Shown: positions 12,427 through 24,917 of the stretch, piece after piece
How the letters are laid out: each line of letters starts with the position of its first letter
Position numbering within the stretch: position 1 is the first letter of the stretch
Source: Octopus vulgaris
Lineage: Eukaryota
Direction: 5' to 3'
DNA: 64,000 bases
Assembly (NCBI GenBank): GCA_951406725.2
Contig: OX597815.1
Location: 202,058,001-202,122,000 of the forward strand
Translations under genes and position numbers: made by a program
The notes under the pieces: model-generated
Database searches by the model: none
The model's input: only the letters and a program-made list of their open reading frames with translations
What the model was told of the DNA's origin: nothing

Positions 12427-13139
12427 ACTGTCTCTTATGGCCTTACTCAGAATAGGCAGTGTAAATGCACTTGGTCTCCTATCACTGAGAAAGTAGGTCC
12501 TCCTGATCTACGACCACGGATTACTAAATATAGATATAGTTGTGGTAGTTATCAAAGTGTTTCTAAGCACATGACTTTCCGACCATCTTCAGTAAATACA
12601 AAATCAATTCATCCACATGTCGTCCAAGAATAGGAGAACACACCAGCTGTTTTGTTTCAAAATTGTCTCTATCTGAAGACACGTATCTTATTTTTGGATC
12701 CAAAAGGTAAGTTATTGTTTAAGAATGTGAACAGTACCAAAGGGATTGTCTCCCAGTTGTTAAGGCGTGTGCTGATATCTCTAGGACACTAAAGTTCTTC
12801 GGAGCTAATGGATGAGAATTTGGACGAGAACCACCAGATTGCTCTCTTCTTCAGAGCACTTACTTTCCACGTAAGTTATGATGGTGTTGCTGTTTCCAAA
12901 GTGTTATTTTTGTTTGTCTATTATTAATTTTACTCGCGTGTCTATCTTAGTAGAAACTAATGGATAAAGAAATGAAACTACATAAACAAACGGCAGCAAA
13001 ACCATTCGGAAATTAAATAACACTAACATATTCGGTAACAATAATAAATTTAATTTATCCTTGACAGTTTTTAATTTTGCCAATTTTGAATATATATCTC
13101 TTGTTTAGGAGCTCCTACCTACTTGAGAATTGCATTTCT

Positions 13140-13500
13140 AGCCCTGCCTTCACGACAGCTTTACTCCTTGGACTCTCGTTCCTGTGCGCAACGATGTTGT
13201 TAAACCTCTGTTAACAGCATCGTATGCAGGTCCTTTCCGTTTTCTTTCGCGCACGGATAAATTTTTTACTATAGAACATAATGGTCGTAAAAACACTATA
13301 TTAGTGGATAGACTAAAAGAGGCCTTCATAGAGAAAACTGTCCCTGTTCCTACAGCAGACATACATGACTACCAGTGGGATCAATCAGGTACAGCACAAA
13401 GATTCTGGATTATTTCAGATATTCTCAAATTAAAAACCATCTCCAGTTCATTGTTGAGAGAACGTTGGTATTGCATTTGCGGAGGTTTGTGCTCTGTGAG
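13140..13500 (+). mobile_element. Gypsy/Ty3 LTR retrotransposon integrase C-terminal fragment
   Basis: VRNDVVKPLLTASYAGPFRFLSRTDKFFTIEHNGRKNTILVDRLKEAF matches the GPY/F module. Confidence 0.8.
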
Positions 13501-13505
13501 TATAC

Positions 13506-13507
<2 letters not shown>

Positions 13508-13548
<41 letters not shown>

Positions 13549-13593
13549 CATCTTCATCAACATCATCATCATCATCATCAACATCATCATCAT
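13508..13593. repeat. (ATT)n-(ATC)n compound microsatellite
   Basis: Directly visible. Confidence 0.95.
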
Positions 13594-14469
13594 TAGGTTA
13601 TCACTTCATGATTTACAGGTAAATGTTTAGTTTCTGTTTTATATATTGTTTTATATCTTTCAACGCAACAAATATTTTCAAAAATATCTTTTCTCAGATA
13701 TTACAATCTATACTAATGTGTATGCTTCTTAGGTATTATAAAGAAAACAAAATTAATATAGTGAAAAATATGTTGTTATTATTTAATATATCATATAACC
13801 CTCCTGTTGATATATATTCAGTAATTTTTGTTTTTAATTATCTTCCTTTCGTTGATATTTTCCTCTATATCTATTTTGGAATAATTAAAGCACATTGGAT
13901 TTATGTGTTTTCGTTCGATTTGTTTATCTTGCTAGATTCACTTGAAGTTTGTATAATTTATTTATATATGTTGCTGTTTTCTTAAATAACCTAACAACAA
14001 ATTTAGTATAAATATGAAACTTAGAAATTATTAGCCTTCAAGCTCGAAAATTGAATATAGACTTGAATAAGAATCAATTTGTAAAAAGGTTGGGGATTAT
14101 TTCGAGGCTAATATATCACTAGCATTTCCTTTTAAGCCTCTCAGCAATAAACCTCTAACTGAACTTTTCAGGATTAGTACTTTGAAAATAAATGGAGATG
14201 ATTAAAACAAACAAACAAAAATATACATTTCACTAGATTTCAAAATTAATCCGAGTATTTACTGGACTTCAAATCCTCCTGTTTTGAAAAAAATTAGTCG
14301 TATTTCAATTAAAAGTTAAGAATCTAAGTAAAAAATTTAATACACACTTAACCATCCGTATATATAGAAACACCACCGCCTTTTATATGTGTGTGTTTGT
14401 GTTTGTGTTTGTGAGTGTGCGCGAGTGTGTGTGTGTGTGTGTGTGTGTATGCACGTGTGTGTCTGTGTG

Positions 14470-14761
14470 CGTACGATGGATTCTCACGTTGAAGACGACA
14501 TATGAGCGTTCAGCTTTTGCCGAACGACCTGCTCAAATGATTTCTTTACACTGATCTATTGTATGTGTGATGCATTAGCACATTCCTTCTATCAAATCGA
14601 CGTTGCCTGAACAAGTGGGTGATATGCCTCATGTCAGCTGCCGAAGTGATCGCAGAACAAATTAAGATGCAGTACTTTGCTCAAGAACTCAACGTACCAC
14701 CACTCCTAGGAATTGAAACTACGATCCTCCCGATAGTGAATGTAACAACCTAACCACTATA
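14470..14761 (-). mobile_element. tRNA-derived SINE, head related to 48955-49215, diverged
   Basis: Minus: tagtggttagg...gtttcaattcctagg...gttcttgagcaaag, with A/B-box-like head. Confidence 0.7.
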
Positions 14762-14996
14762 TATATTTCTTTACTATCCACAAGGGGCTAAACATAGAGG
14801 GGAAAAACAAGGACAGGCACACGGATTATGTCGATAATATCGACCCAGTGCGAAACTGGTACTTTATTTATCGACCTTGAGAGGATGAAAGGCAAAGTCG
14901 ACCCCGGCGGAATTTGCACTCAGAACGTAACGACAGACGAAATACCGCTAAGCATTTCGTCCGGCGCCGCTAACGTTCCTGCCAGCTCGCCGCCTT
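14762..14996 (-). mobile_element. SINE family B, full length, with 13-bp TSD
   Basis: Family-B core; TSD cctaaccactata at 14749-14761 and 14997-15009. Confidence 0.9.
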
Positions 14997-15010
14997 CCTA
15001 ACCACTATAC

Positions 15011-15090
<80 letters not shown>

Positions 15091-15479
15091 TGTGTATGTG
15101 ACTCTCTGTGTGTACGTGTATATGTACGTATATGTATACATCTACGTGTGTGTAAGTCTGAACCTACGTGTAAACACACAAACATATAATATTTGCCTAT
15201 TTCGCCGTCTATTCCATAGATTGTGAAAACATTTAAACGATTTTCAATATTTATTGCAATCTCATCAGAAGTACCTACACTTGATCAATCCCAAATCAGC
15301 AAGTAACCCATCCATGTATATAAAAGAAATCAAGCAGCTTCAAAGATCTAGAACCTCTAATTTGCATGAAATAAGTGTTTAACATTCCATTTATAGTCAA
15401 AGCCTGTCGGTGGGAATTCCAGTTCAGGCAGTATCGAATTATATTACATATGAATCGAAGTTTAGTTATTGCAAACGTC

Positions 15480-15775
15480 TGAAACTCACTTATTTACGTT
15501 ATTTACATTTGACGGATATTTGTCCTCCACGTGTTTATTGTTAACACAACGTTTCGGCTGATATACCCTCCAGCCTTCTTCAGGTGTCTTGGGGAATTTC
15601 GAACCTGAGTTATCATTCCTAAGATATTTGCGAAGTGTTGTATTACATTTGAATACTGTCCTGAGATCATATGTACCGTATATCTTTTGTATCCCTTCGG
15701 AGAGGCCTTTCACATAGGGTAGACAGAAAATCGACAAAGTGTGTACAAAGTTTTTTTCAGACTACGGAGAAATGG
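15480..15775 (-). mobile_element. Penelope-like element fragment (RT/GIY-YIG linker joined to the terminal repeat)
   Basis: FCLPYVKGLSEGIQKIYGTYDLRTVFKCNTTLRKYL is the LPY..G.SE...VFK...TL linker of PLE ORFs, followed by a hammerhead. Confidence 0.8.
15543..15588 (-). ncRNA. Minimal type I hammerhead ribozyme with intact core
   Basis: Minus: GACAC CTGAAGA A GGCTGG-AGGGTATA-TCAGCC GAAA CG T T GTGTT. 5-bp stem I, 6-bp stem II, palindromic ACGT stem III. Confidence 0.8.
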
Positions 15776-16359
15776 CTTATAATTTGCCCTGTTTATAATT
15801 ATAATACGTTACATATATGCGCGCGCGCGCGTGTGTGTGTGTGTCTGTGTATGTGTGTATATGCATATATACACACATATACACAGATTCAGTTGAATAA
15901 GGTACTTAAATTTGAGTCACCTTGCTAGGTCAGAATAAAATGCACACAACACAATTATAGATAAATACCAACCTTAGTACAGACGTACTGGCAGAATACA
16001 TTCGGGTAATGTATGCTGTTAAATGGACCCAGCTTAGTATATAATCTTCTCTTGAGCTATTCAGACGTGTACATTTTATTAAATATACAGTTGATAATAT
16101 ACTTCGGAATACGTGAGGAGTTTGTTTCGAGAAAGGTGAATTACAAATAAATAAATAATAATTGAAGGACAGGTGTCAATTCATTACAGCCGTTTTGTTT
16201 TTAATTGATCAATGAGTACATTATATTATTGATGAATATGTGAATTTTACAATCAATGATATTGAAGATATTTTAAATCCACTGAACATAAATATTCAGT
16301 GATTCTACGACTGGCTCCTGTTTGTATATATATAAAAACATATACCCAGGCACTTCGTA

Positions 16360-16500
16360 TCTGCAGTGCTTCTAAGATCGGCTCTATGGGTTTATGTCAA
16401 TCTCATTTACTCCTCTACATTATTGATCTAATTGCTGTTACTTGTATTTGTTTCTATGCAGATGATAATAGTCCTCATTCCTTTTAACATTTGGTTCCCC
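16360..16500 (+). mobile_element. Ancient LINE reverse-transcriptase remnant
   Basis: HLLLYIIDL...CFYADDNSPHS matches the RT YADD motif region. Confidence 0.6.
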
Positions 16501-17226
16501 TAAGAACTAACCACTCCATTCCCTTCTATAGGCAACAGGACTGTATATAATCTTTCCATTTTAAACGTATCAAAACTTTGTTAGACTTGATACTGTGATT
16601 ATTTTTCGTGAGCTTTCTAAATTAGCCTCATTTTAATTATCAACAGCTTGCCTGCATGCTTTTATAGATTTGTGCAGCTGAAAGATCAGACGGCCTTTCC
16701 TAAGAAACAATCCAGCCAGCACAATGTACATCACACTTTGTAACGTCCTGGAAGATATTGGGAATTAATTCAGAATATTTCAGGCGTGGGAAGAAGAGAG
16801 AGTCAAAGCGGGAGAATAAAGATTGATGGAATCGAATCCATAACTACGAGGGATTATTAAAAACCTTATCACATCCTGAGACCAAACATCTGTCTTATTG
16901 TGTAATCGATAAATACGATTGCATTTGTATGGCTTCCTTTCTCATATTTATAATACCTGTTAAATTAAACGAATTCTTGTTAAGTTACAAAACGTCTTTC
17001 ACGAAGCAAAATGAAGTGATATTTGTAAATAATTTGTGCTACGAAACAAATGGCTATCTTATTATAGAGCCGAAATCATATCTGTAATTTTACGAGAGCT
17101 GAATTTATACCTAGACACGTATGTTCCAAAGAATGCACATCTTCACCAAGCGAAATAAGGAATTTCATGTAGTAGTCAACAGGGTGTACTCAGTGCTTAC
17201 CGATTTGAAGTGTACATGATCAAATT

Positions 17227-18028
17227 GACAGGCTGGTAGGTAAAGGTAGGTCAGCAAAGGTAGACCTCAGCGATGAAATTCAACACCGTCTGAAGTGTGC
17301 AGGAACAGCTTTCGGCAAGCTTCGAACAAGAATTTTTGCTGATCGGGACATCCGAACCGAAACCAAACTCATGGTGTACAGGGCAGTCATTATTCCAACC
17401 CTCCTTTACGCATCCGAAACCTGGACCCGTATAGTCGCCACCTGAAAACGCTCGAGAAATTTCACCAACGCTGTCTTCGGAAGATCCTCAACATCAGCTG
17501 GGAAGACAGAAGAACTAACGTCAGCGTGCTACAAGAAGCAAAAATGACCAGCATCAAAGCCTATGTCATCAAAGGCCAACTAAGATGGAGCGGCCACGTG
17601 GTTAGAATGACTGACGAACGACATCCCAAACAGATCTTCTACTCCCAACTCAAAGACGGCAAGCGTACAAAAGGAGGCCAGAAGAAACGCTAAAAGGACT
17701 CCCTGAAATCGAACCTCAAAAAGTGTGACATTGACTTCACCAACTGGGAGGAAACGGCAAAAAACAGACCACTCTGGAAAACCACCATCCATGAGCGAAC
17801 GGCGAATTTCGAGTCGAAAAGTTCTGCAGAGCTGGGGGAGAAAAGACGACGACGGAAGGAGCGCCAACGACAACCACGTGCGACTCTCCCTTCCGGCACT
17901 AGATGCCCGCACTGTGACCGATCTTTTCGAGCAAGAATTGGTCTTATCAGTCACCTGCGGACTCACCAATAAATTTGAGCGAAGACCATCATCCTCGACC
18001 TTGAGGGATTGCCATAGTAGTAGTAGTA
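17227..18028 (+). mobile_element. RTE (BovB-like) LINE, 5'-truncated, with (TAG)n tail and 15-bp TSD
   Basis: DEIQHRLKCAGTAFGKL...PTLLYASETW, frameshift, FHQRCLRKIL...QLRWSGHVVRM...CPHCDRSFRARIGLISHLRTH*. TSD gtacatgatcaaatt at 17212-17226 and 18029-18043. Confidence 0.95.
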
Positions 18029-18549
18029 GTACATGATCAAATTAAGGAACCTATTGTCCCTATCGCCATGTGCAGATTTATAACTAGTATATAGGTTAAC
18101 AATAAATGCCACATAATTTATAGAAGTCATTTGTTCCAGACAAAGACTACAAGAGGAATTAACACAATGGAATTAAGATTAAAACTCATCATGATTTGAC
18201 CTTCCCTCTGATTAAAAATACAATAACGTGGGCAAATGTAGGCAAATTGATTGAGAATAAATATATCGCTACCACAAGAGTCAATGAATAAAAACCTTGA
18301 CATGTAAAATATTTAAATATCGCGAAATTTTATAGGATATTAGAAATTTGATCTTCTAATGAACTAGGCGTTGTAGACTAATTGAAATTGATGAAGCGGT
18401 TGCCAAAGTCAGTGCGCAAAGAAAATCATCAAGACGTATCAATTATCTTTAGAGTCGAGACACTTAATATTATATTTCATCAATATCATGTCTGTACATC
18501 AAACCAAATATTCTGCAAATATTATTTTATCAATAGATAATGAGAATAA

Positions 18550-18608
<59 letters not shown>

Positions 18609-18609
18609 A

Positions 18610-18662
<53 letters not shown>

Positions 18663-18924
18663 GATATATATGTATATATATTTATATATATATGTATATA
18701 TATATATACTTACAAACACACACATATATATATAGTGAGAGAGATAAACACACACACTTATATATGTGTGTTTGTGTATAGATATGTGTGCATGTATGTG
18801 TATAATGTGAGGAGGTGAGCATCAAAGACGAGCGATATTTACATAGAGAGAGATGCTTAGACATGGACATTTTGTATGAGTGTTTGTGCGTATACAAGCA
18901 TATATATATATATATATATATATA

Positions 18925-19390
18925 CTCTCATTTTTTATTCTTTTATTATTTTAAAGGATGTGACTGCGGTCATGCTAGTGTACCACCGTGGTTGTACTTT
19001 TCATAATTGTAATTTTTCATAGCATTCTTCTTCCTCTGATGTTTCCGGCCTAATGTGATTTCATATCACCACACCTGTATGTGGTTTTCTCTTGGTTGTT
19101 CCACCACCTATTACTTGTATGAGTGATATAGATACTGATGTCTTCATCTGCACCTCATGTCGGTCCGTTGGATTATCTGTTATTGTAGAGAGGAGAATAT
19201 CCAGTTATTTTTTGAGTACATTCAAGTCCATATTGCGTTGATTTCTTAATTTGGGGCATACATTATATAGAGGTGCTGATTTGAACCTTAAGCTATTGGA
19301 TGATCTAGTCCTGCCTTTAGATGTGATGGACGGTATCTTTGATGCGATACAATGTCATGCAGTACGGGCATGTGCGTTACATTCAATGCC
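18925..19390 (-). mobile_element. LINE 3' end, same family as 59935-60580, more degenerate
   Basis: Minus ART..HCI..KIPS..SK.RTR..NSL.FK...LLST..D..T.RHEVQ aligns with 60195-60440; same ggt.cactagcatg.cc tail. Confidence 0.75.
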
Positions 19391-19482
19391 GAAATTTTGG
19401 GCAGTCATTAAACAGCTGTGGTCCTTTGAACCCTAAGCCATTCGAAACAATGTGTCTGAGTGTGTGTGTGTGTGTGTGCGTG

Positions 19483-19779
19483 AAGGTGCATGGCTTGGTG
19501 TCTATGGTGTTGCACTCGCGATTGCGAGATCATGGGTTAATTTCCCATACTGTGCACTGCGTTGTGTTCTTAAGCTAAGCACTTCATTTCACGTTGTTCT
19601 GAGATCGATTCTTCATCTGAAATGTGGCAATAGGGTACCTGTATAGCTAATGTCGATTTGATGGAGTGGGTGAGCTAAGATACACAAAAAAACATTTGAT
19701 TACTATAAACAAATCATGCCTGGTTGTTCGACAATAAAATGCCGAACAGTCATACGTTTTCAAACGACGGACGAGTCCA

Positions 19780-19781
<2 letters not shown>
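19483..19781 (+). mobile_element. Diverged tRNA-derived SINE
   Basis: aaggtgcatggcttggtg...gttgtgttcttaagctaagcacttcatttcacgttg is homologous to the head of 48955-49215. Confidence 0.65.
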
Positions 19782-19817
<36 letters not shown>

Positions 19818-19890
19818 GAAGAGATAGACAATCGTAAGGAAATGAGTTCAATATATATATGATTCAGCTATATATTTATATATATATATA

Positions 19891-20004
19891 GCTGAAATTT
19901 ACAGAAAAACAAAAGCCGCAGGCAGGTGTATAAACAAGCTAATGTATTAGTTCTACGCTCGGGGAGGTGAAAATGTCCTTTATGTTTCGAGCCTACACTC
20001 TTCA
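19891..20004 (-). mobile_element. (TA)n-flanked short element with a truncated hammerhead-like 3' half
   Basis: Minus: ..TGA A GAGT-GTAG-GCTC GAAA CAT A AAGG.., then a T-rich tail and (TA)n. Confidence 0.45.
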
Positions 20005-21204
20005 TTTATATATATACATATATATATATTTACACACACACAAGCACACACACCCACACACATTATGCTTTAGGCTATACATAATTTGCAGAGCTCATTT
20101 CTACATGCGGTGGTGCATTTCTAAGCTAATTCGCACGTAATTATATTTATTTTCCTATTAATTTTGTATTTATGTACACAGTTGTCATCGTTTTTCGTGA
20201 CTGTGCCAATAAATGTGCAGTCGTATTTTTCTACATATTTGCATCAATAGATAGGAGACCCAAATTGGAACCTTGTGTATTAACTACAATAATCTGAAGT
20301 CTGTTTGATATAGTCATTCGAATTTTAGTTGGCATTTATTTAGGCTTGATCGGCCGCCATTGCGAAGTGAAATAGTTACTTCTTTGTAGGTATTATTTAG
20401 CTTCGAACGTGTTAGTATAAGAGATTTTCGCTGGTATTGTAAATTTCTGCTTTCTAGGTGTTTTCTATTGGATTTGAACATTTTGGCACACGGCTAGATA
20501 AGGAAAAGGCAGTGATGTTGCTGCTCCTATTCGTAATTATTATTTTATGTTTTCCAGTTTAGCAGTTTCTCTCGATATATTCTGTTTAATCTGTGACAGA
20601 TCTGGGCAGGACTGCATCAGTATTGTATGCATGCAGGATTGCTGCTTGTCGACGTGAGATGCATGTTACTCCGTTCTTATCGATTTTATTCAGTTGTTTT
20701 TCGTATTTAGTTTTGTCTGCTGAAATAGAATTTCAGTATATTTACTGAACCAGTGTAGCCATGACAATGGAAAGCATTATTATTTCCAAGAAATTTATGT
20801 TAAATAGTTTTGTTAGTCTTGTGACTGAAAGAAGTTTCTTTTACTTTCTTTTAAAGTAGTTTGTAAGTTTAAATTCCAGTTTTAAAAATCAAAATCCTTC
20901 CCCCATCGCCGATAATATCGTACACTGTTTTGAAAGCAAGTGTATATCAAGTGAAATTCTTGTCTATGTTTTGTTGAGCCTAAAATCAGATCGTTTGCGA
21001 TTTTCGTTTGCCTTTTGATGTGAAAGGCTTTCTCAGAGATGATCAGGAATTTCAGGCAAGTATATATATTGTACTTAGTTGTTGATCAGAAGTAGCTGAG
21101 TGCTGTAGAGACAGCGTCCTTTCATAATTACCCTCATCATTTCAATATATATATACTCACAGAGAGAGAGTTAGATAAACATATATATATATATATATGT
21201 ATGT

Positions 21205-21390
21205 ATCTCTGTGTGTGTGTGTGTGTATGTACCCACCACCGCTTGGTGGCCGTTGTTGGCGCTTACCTTCCCATAACTTAGCCGTTCGGCAGTAGTTAAC
21301 AATAGAATAAGCAGCGGGTTTTAAAAAATTAAATTTGGGGGCCAATTTTGTTGCCCCAGCATGGCCACAATCAAATGACAGGAGCCAGTA
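21205..21390 (+). mobile_element. SINE family A 3' half, diverged
   Basis: cttagccgttcggca...atagaataag...ccagcatggccaca.tcaaatgac. Confidence 0.7.
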
Positions 21391-23235
21391 AATATATACA
21401 ATATATACAAGCGTGTCGAAAACTTTAGGCAATGTCCCTTTTTACATTCGGTATGAGATAACAGTAATTGGAGAGACGTGCATTACTGATATGATAGATG
21501 TGCATTTTTTGATGTAGCGTGACTTATAATCTTGTGGATTAAGTTATTAAATTGATATTTAATAACAAGGAAATTAATTAAATTATTAATGTTTCCAAAT
21601 ACACAAGGGGTTTGAAAAAATTATGTCAACTATTACGTATTATACATGAAAGGAAATATCCCATTAATGAGTGTTTACATGTCATGTTTGGATCAATATT
21701 CAGAATAACCTTGCAATGTATTACTGAGTTTTAAATGAGGTACAGTGCTACACAAAAACCTACATCGGTAGATTACAGATGGAAACGTAAAGGGATGAAA
21801 TTCTTCAGTGGGTGATATGTTTTCTAAATTAAAATTGATCTGGTATTTTATCTGATTACACTATTTATAGAGAATGCGCAGCTGAATGAAGGATATAATG
21901 TTGTATATGGATAATAAATTGAGATAGGTTTGATAAATTATAAGTTGGTATCAAGAGAATTCTCATTCCATATGTAACGGGCTGAATTCTTTTATGTGGC
22001 GTTGTGATGATTCCGCCAAAAGAACATTTTTCGAAAACAATATTCTCAGATACATAAAGTTGAATCACATATAACAAAACTAGATATGAAAATTCCTAAT
22101 TCATAAAAGTATATATCTAGTCTAGTCTAGTCAATATAGTCAAAACAACTCATATGCGTAAATTACTATATATGCCTTTTCATATATGTGTTACAACAAT
22201 TTATCTTTAGTTAAAATAGAAGCAATCGTAAAATAGTAGGTCGTTATTGTACATATGCTAGTTTGGAACTTTTGTAGAGCTGGCTGTAAAATGGAATGAG
22301 CAGAGAGGTGATCATAGTCACCTATTATCGCCATATTTGCACAATAAATCTGTATCTTTATATCGTAAATGTAAAGCAACCTTCTGAAAACTTGAAACGC
22401 AACATAATACTATACAATGAGTGGTAATATATTGCGTTAATGTATACATGTACGTGTGTTCTCAGTGTGTAATTGTGTGAGTCCGTGAGTACATGTACGA
22501 CAAACATAGGAAATTATTCGTCAGAATACTGTTTCATAATCACAAGGAAATATGTCTATAAGTAAGGAAAAGACAATATCTTACCAATACCCAATACATT
22601 ACTGAAAGACAATATGCTTCCAAATCACCAGATTACGATAGTGGATGTCACTTTTATGGATAGTTTACACGCTGTTATCAGCAGGTGATACAATGTGTCC
22701 CGTAAATTATTACTTTTCTATAAACCAGGCTGCATAGATGAATGCTTAATACTGAAATTATATATCAATAGACACAATTAATATTGATCAAAACTGTCGA
22801 TGTGAAATATTATTTAGTGATATAGATTCTCCGTGACAAAATGTTACAGAAGAAAAAATGGGTAGGTCACAGATATTGCAATACTTAATCTTATATGCCT
22901 CCATTTGAGTCGAAGCGAGGATGAAAATATTGATGGTCATAAATATGATAAGGTCGAAATGATAGGGAGGGGGCTAATATCGATGTTGGTAAATACGATT
23001 ATGATCAAATAAATCATAGCCATGGCATGGTTAACTATAATACGAGGGTTGGTTACGTTTTTGCTGAGGTGACAATGGTAAGATAAAAGAAGCGAGAAAA
23101 GACGGTAGAAAAAACTTCTAATATATAGAAGTGAAAGTAAAAAAGTAAAGAAACTGTATTTTCAACACAATACTTCGATAATATATTGATTTAAACTTTG
23201 AAGTATATAGGCAAGTAAATAATCATTGCTACACA

Positions 23236-23333
<98 letters not shown>

Positions 23334-24099
23334 CCGTATATCTTTTCTGATCTCCACCACAACGCTCCATAACTATTAATCAGGTAAAACGTGGCATGTC
23401 ACAATGTGAATTTAATGTTACTCGATTAAAAAAAAACAAAAAAAAAAACATTTGTAGCAACAATTTATAGAGCATTACACTGGACGGCTATTTGCTTCCT
23501 TCTTTTGCAATCAGTAAGCAAGACACTTTGAAAACAACCTAAGATGATTTATGTATCGGACAGCAAACCATGCGAATTTTAAGAGAATAAGATAATATAT
23601 GGATAATAATTTTTAAATTACTATAATCCAGTACACTAACTAATGTACTATATTGTGTATTCAATAGTACTCATGAGATTATTACGACAATAATTCACGG
23701 TACTTCCATTTAAAATTTGAAAAACACGCTCAAAAAAATTGATTTCATAGGAAGGTTTAATAGAAGTAAAAATTAATCGGAGGAACCGCCAGTTCTTGTC
23801 AGAGTAATTAGCATGGTCTTTCCTCAATGTTTGATTGATTATATGAAATGCTAAATGTCCACAGTTTTGAATAGGATAACGGTTACTTCATTATTTTATA
23901 TCATTCCGTTTCTGAAGATCACTAACGCGGACATATTTTGGCTTAATTTATTTTCTGAAATATTCACAGGAAGTTATTAAGTTATTTACATGCCACTGCA
24001 AACAATAAATTAGAAAATCTACCAAGTGAAGCAAACATACCACAACAAAAATACATAAAAAGCAAGCAATTTTTGTATGATTGGGTCTGTGTGTGTTGA

Positions 24100-24207
24100 T
24101 ATATATACATACAGTTATATATGTATATTTTGTATATACTTACATGTTTATATGTATATATGTACATCTATCTGTCTATCTATTTATCTCTCTATCTATC
24201 TACCTAT

Positions 24208-24255
<48 letters not shown>

Positions 24256-24266
24256 ATATATATATA

Positions 24267-24355
<89 letters not shown>

Positions 24356-24362
24356 GTATATG

Positions 24363-24397
<35 letters not shown>

Positions 24398-24411
24398 TTA
24401 TATATATATAT

Positions 24412-24460
<49 letters not shown>

Positions 24461-24490
24461 ACATTTATATATATGTATGTATGCATATGG
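24100..24490. repeat. Long interrupted (TA)n microsatellite
   Basis: Directly visible; source of the YIYI pseudo-ORFs. Confidence 0.95.
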
Positions 24491-24917
24491 TTGTATGTGC
24501 TCGTGTTTCATGTTTGTGTTCCGTATGCAAAGTTTAAATACAGGATTGATATAGAATTTCTCATAAAGCTTGATTTTATTGAATTAAGTCTTGAACTGCT
24601 TTCCTGTATTAACATAAATATGACAGAGCAAAAGTATTGCATTACTAGTTGGAGTCTACCCAGCCGAACAACTTTCTTAGGATAGTTTCCATAAGGTTTC
24701 TGGTTGTATGTGCTTGGATAAATGACGAACCTATCGAATTACTCACCTGAAGAATACTTACAGGTTCTGAAAATGCGTAAGGTGGTTTGTTATTAACGAA
24801 TTCATTATTAAAGACTGTAAATCTACTTGCAATATGCAGTAGACTATAGTTTCATTCAGGGATTTGTTAACCTCGCTGTGATAGGACTTTAAATTAGTTT
24901 TGTTATACAAAATTGTA

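Larger units (their letters stand above)
2303..12633 (+). pseudogene. Six-exon disabled gene for a secreted TIMP/NTR-like protein (inferred exons 2303-2339, 2545-2639, 7188-7453, 7801-7961, 10110-10150, 12035-12060 + 12427-12633)
   Basis: Polypyrimidine-AG acceptors at exons 2-6. Reading phase matches at junctions 1-2, 4-5 and 5-6. Translation: MIAILSFVLANCA...LCTHPYSQKDYDNLFCSD...RWENFKDLSQFGFRNILAMNLNCKVSTCP...EDEALYIRWADDDEEDILCSDYK/TVSYGLTQNRQCKCTW. Lesions: exon-2 donor reads ct, stops or frameshifts in exons 3-4, SINE insertion in exon 6. The family call rests on Cys/Trp spacing only. Confidence 0.5.

Noticed and set aside
13623-13985. Hydrophobic 120-aa ORF
   Set aside because: T-rich compositional artefact with no motif.
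16690-16770. Peptide MYITLCNVLE resembling TIMP MHITLCDF
   Set aside because: Bounded by stops, no matching splice phase, and downstream of the inferred last exon; likely chance.
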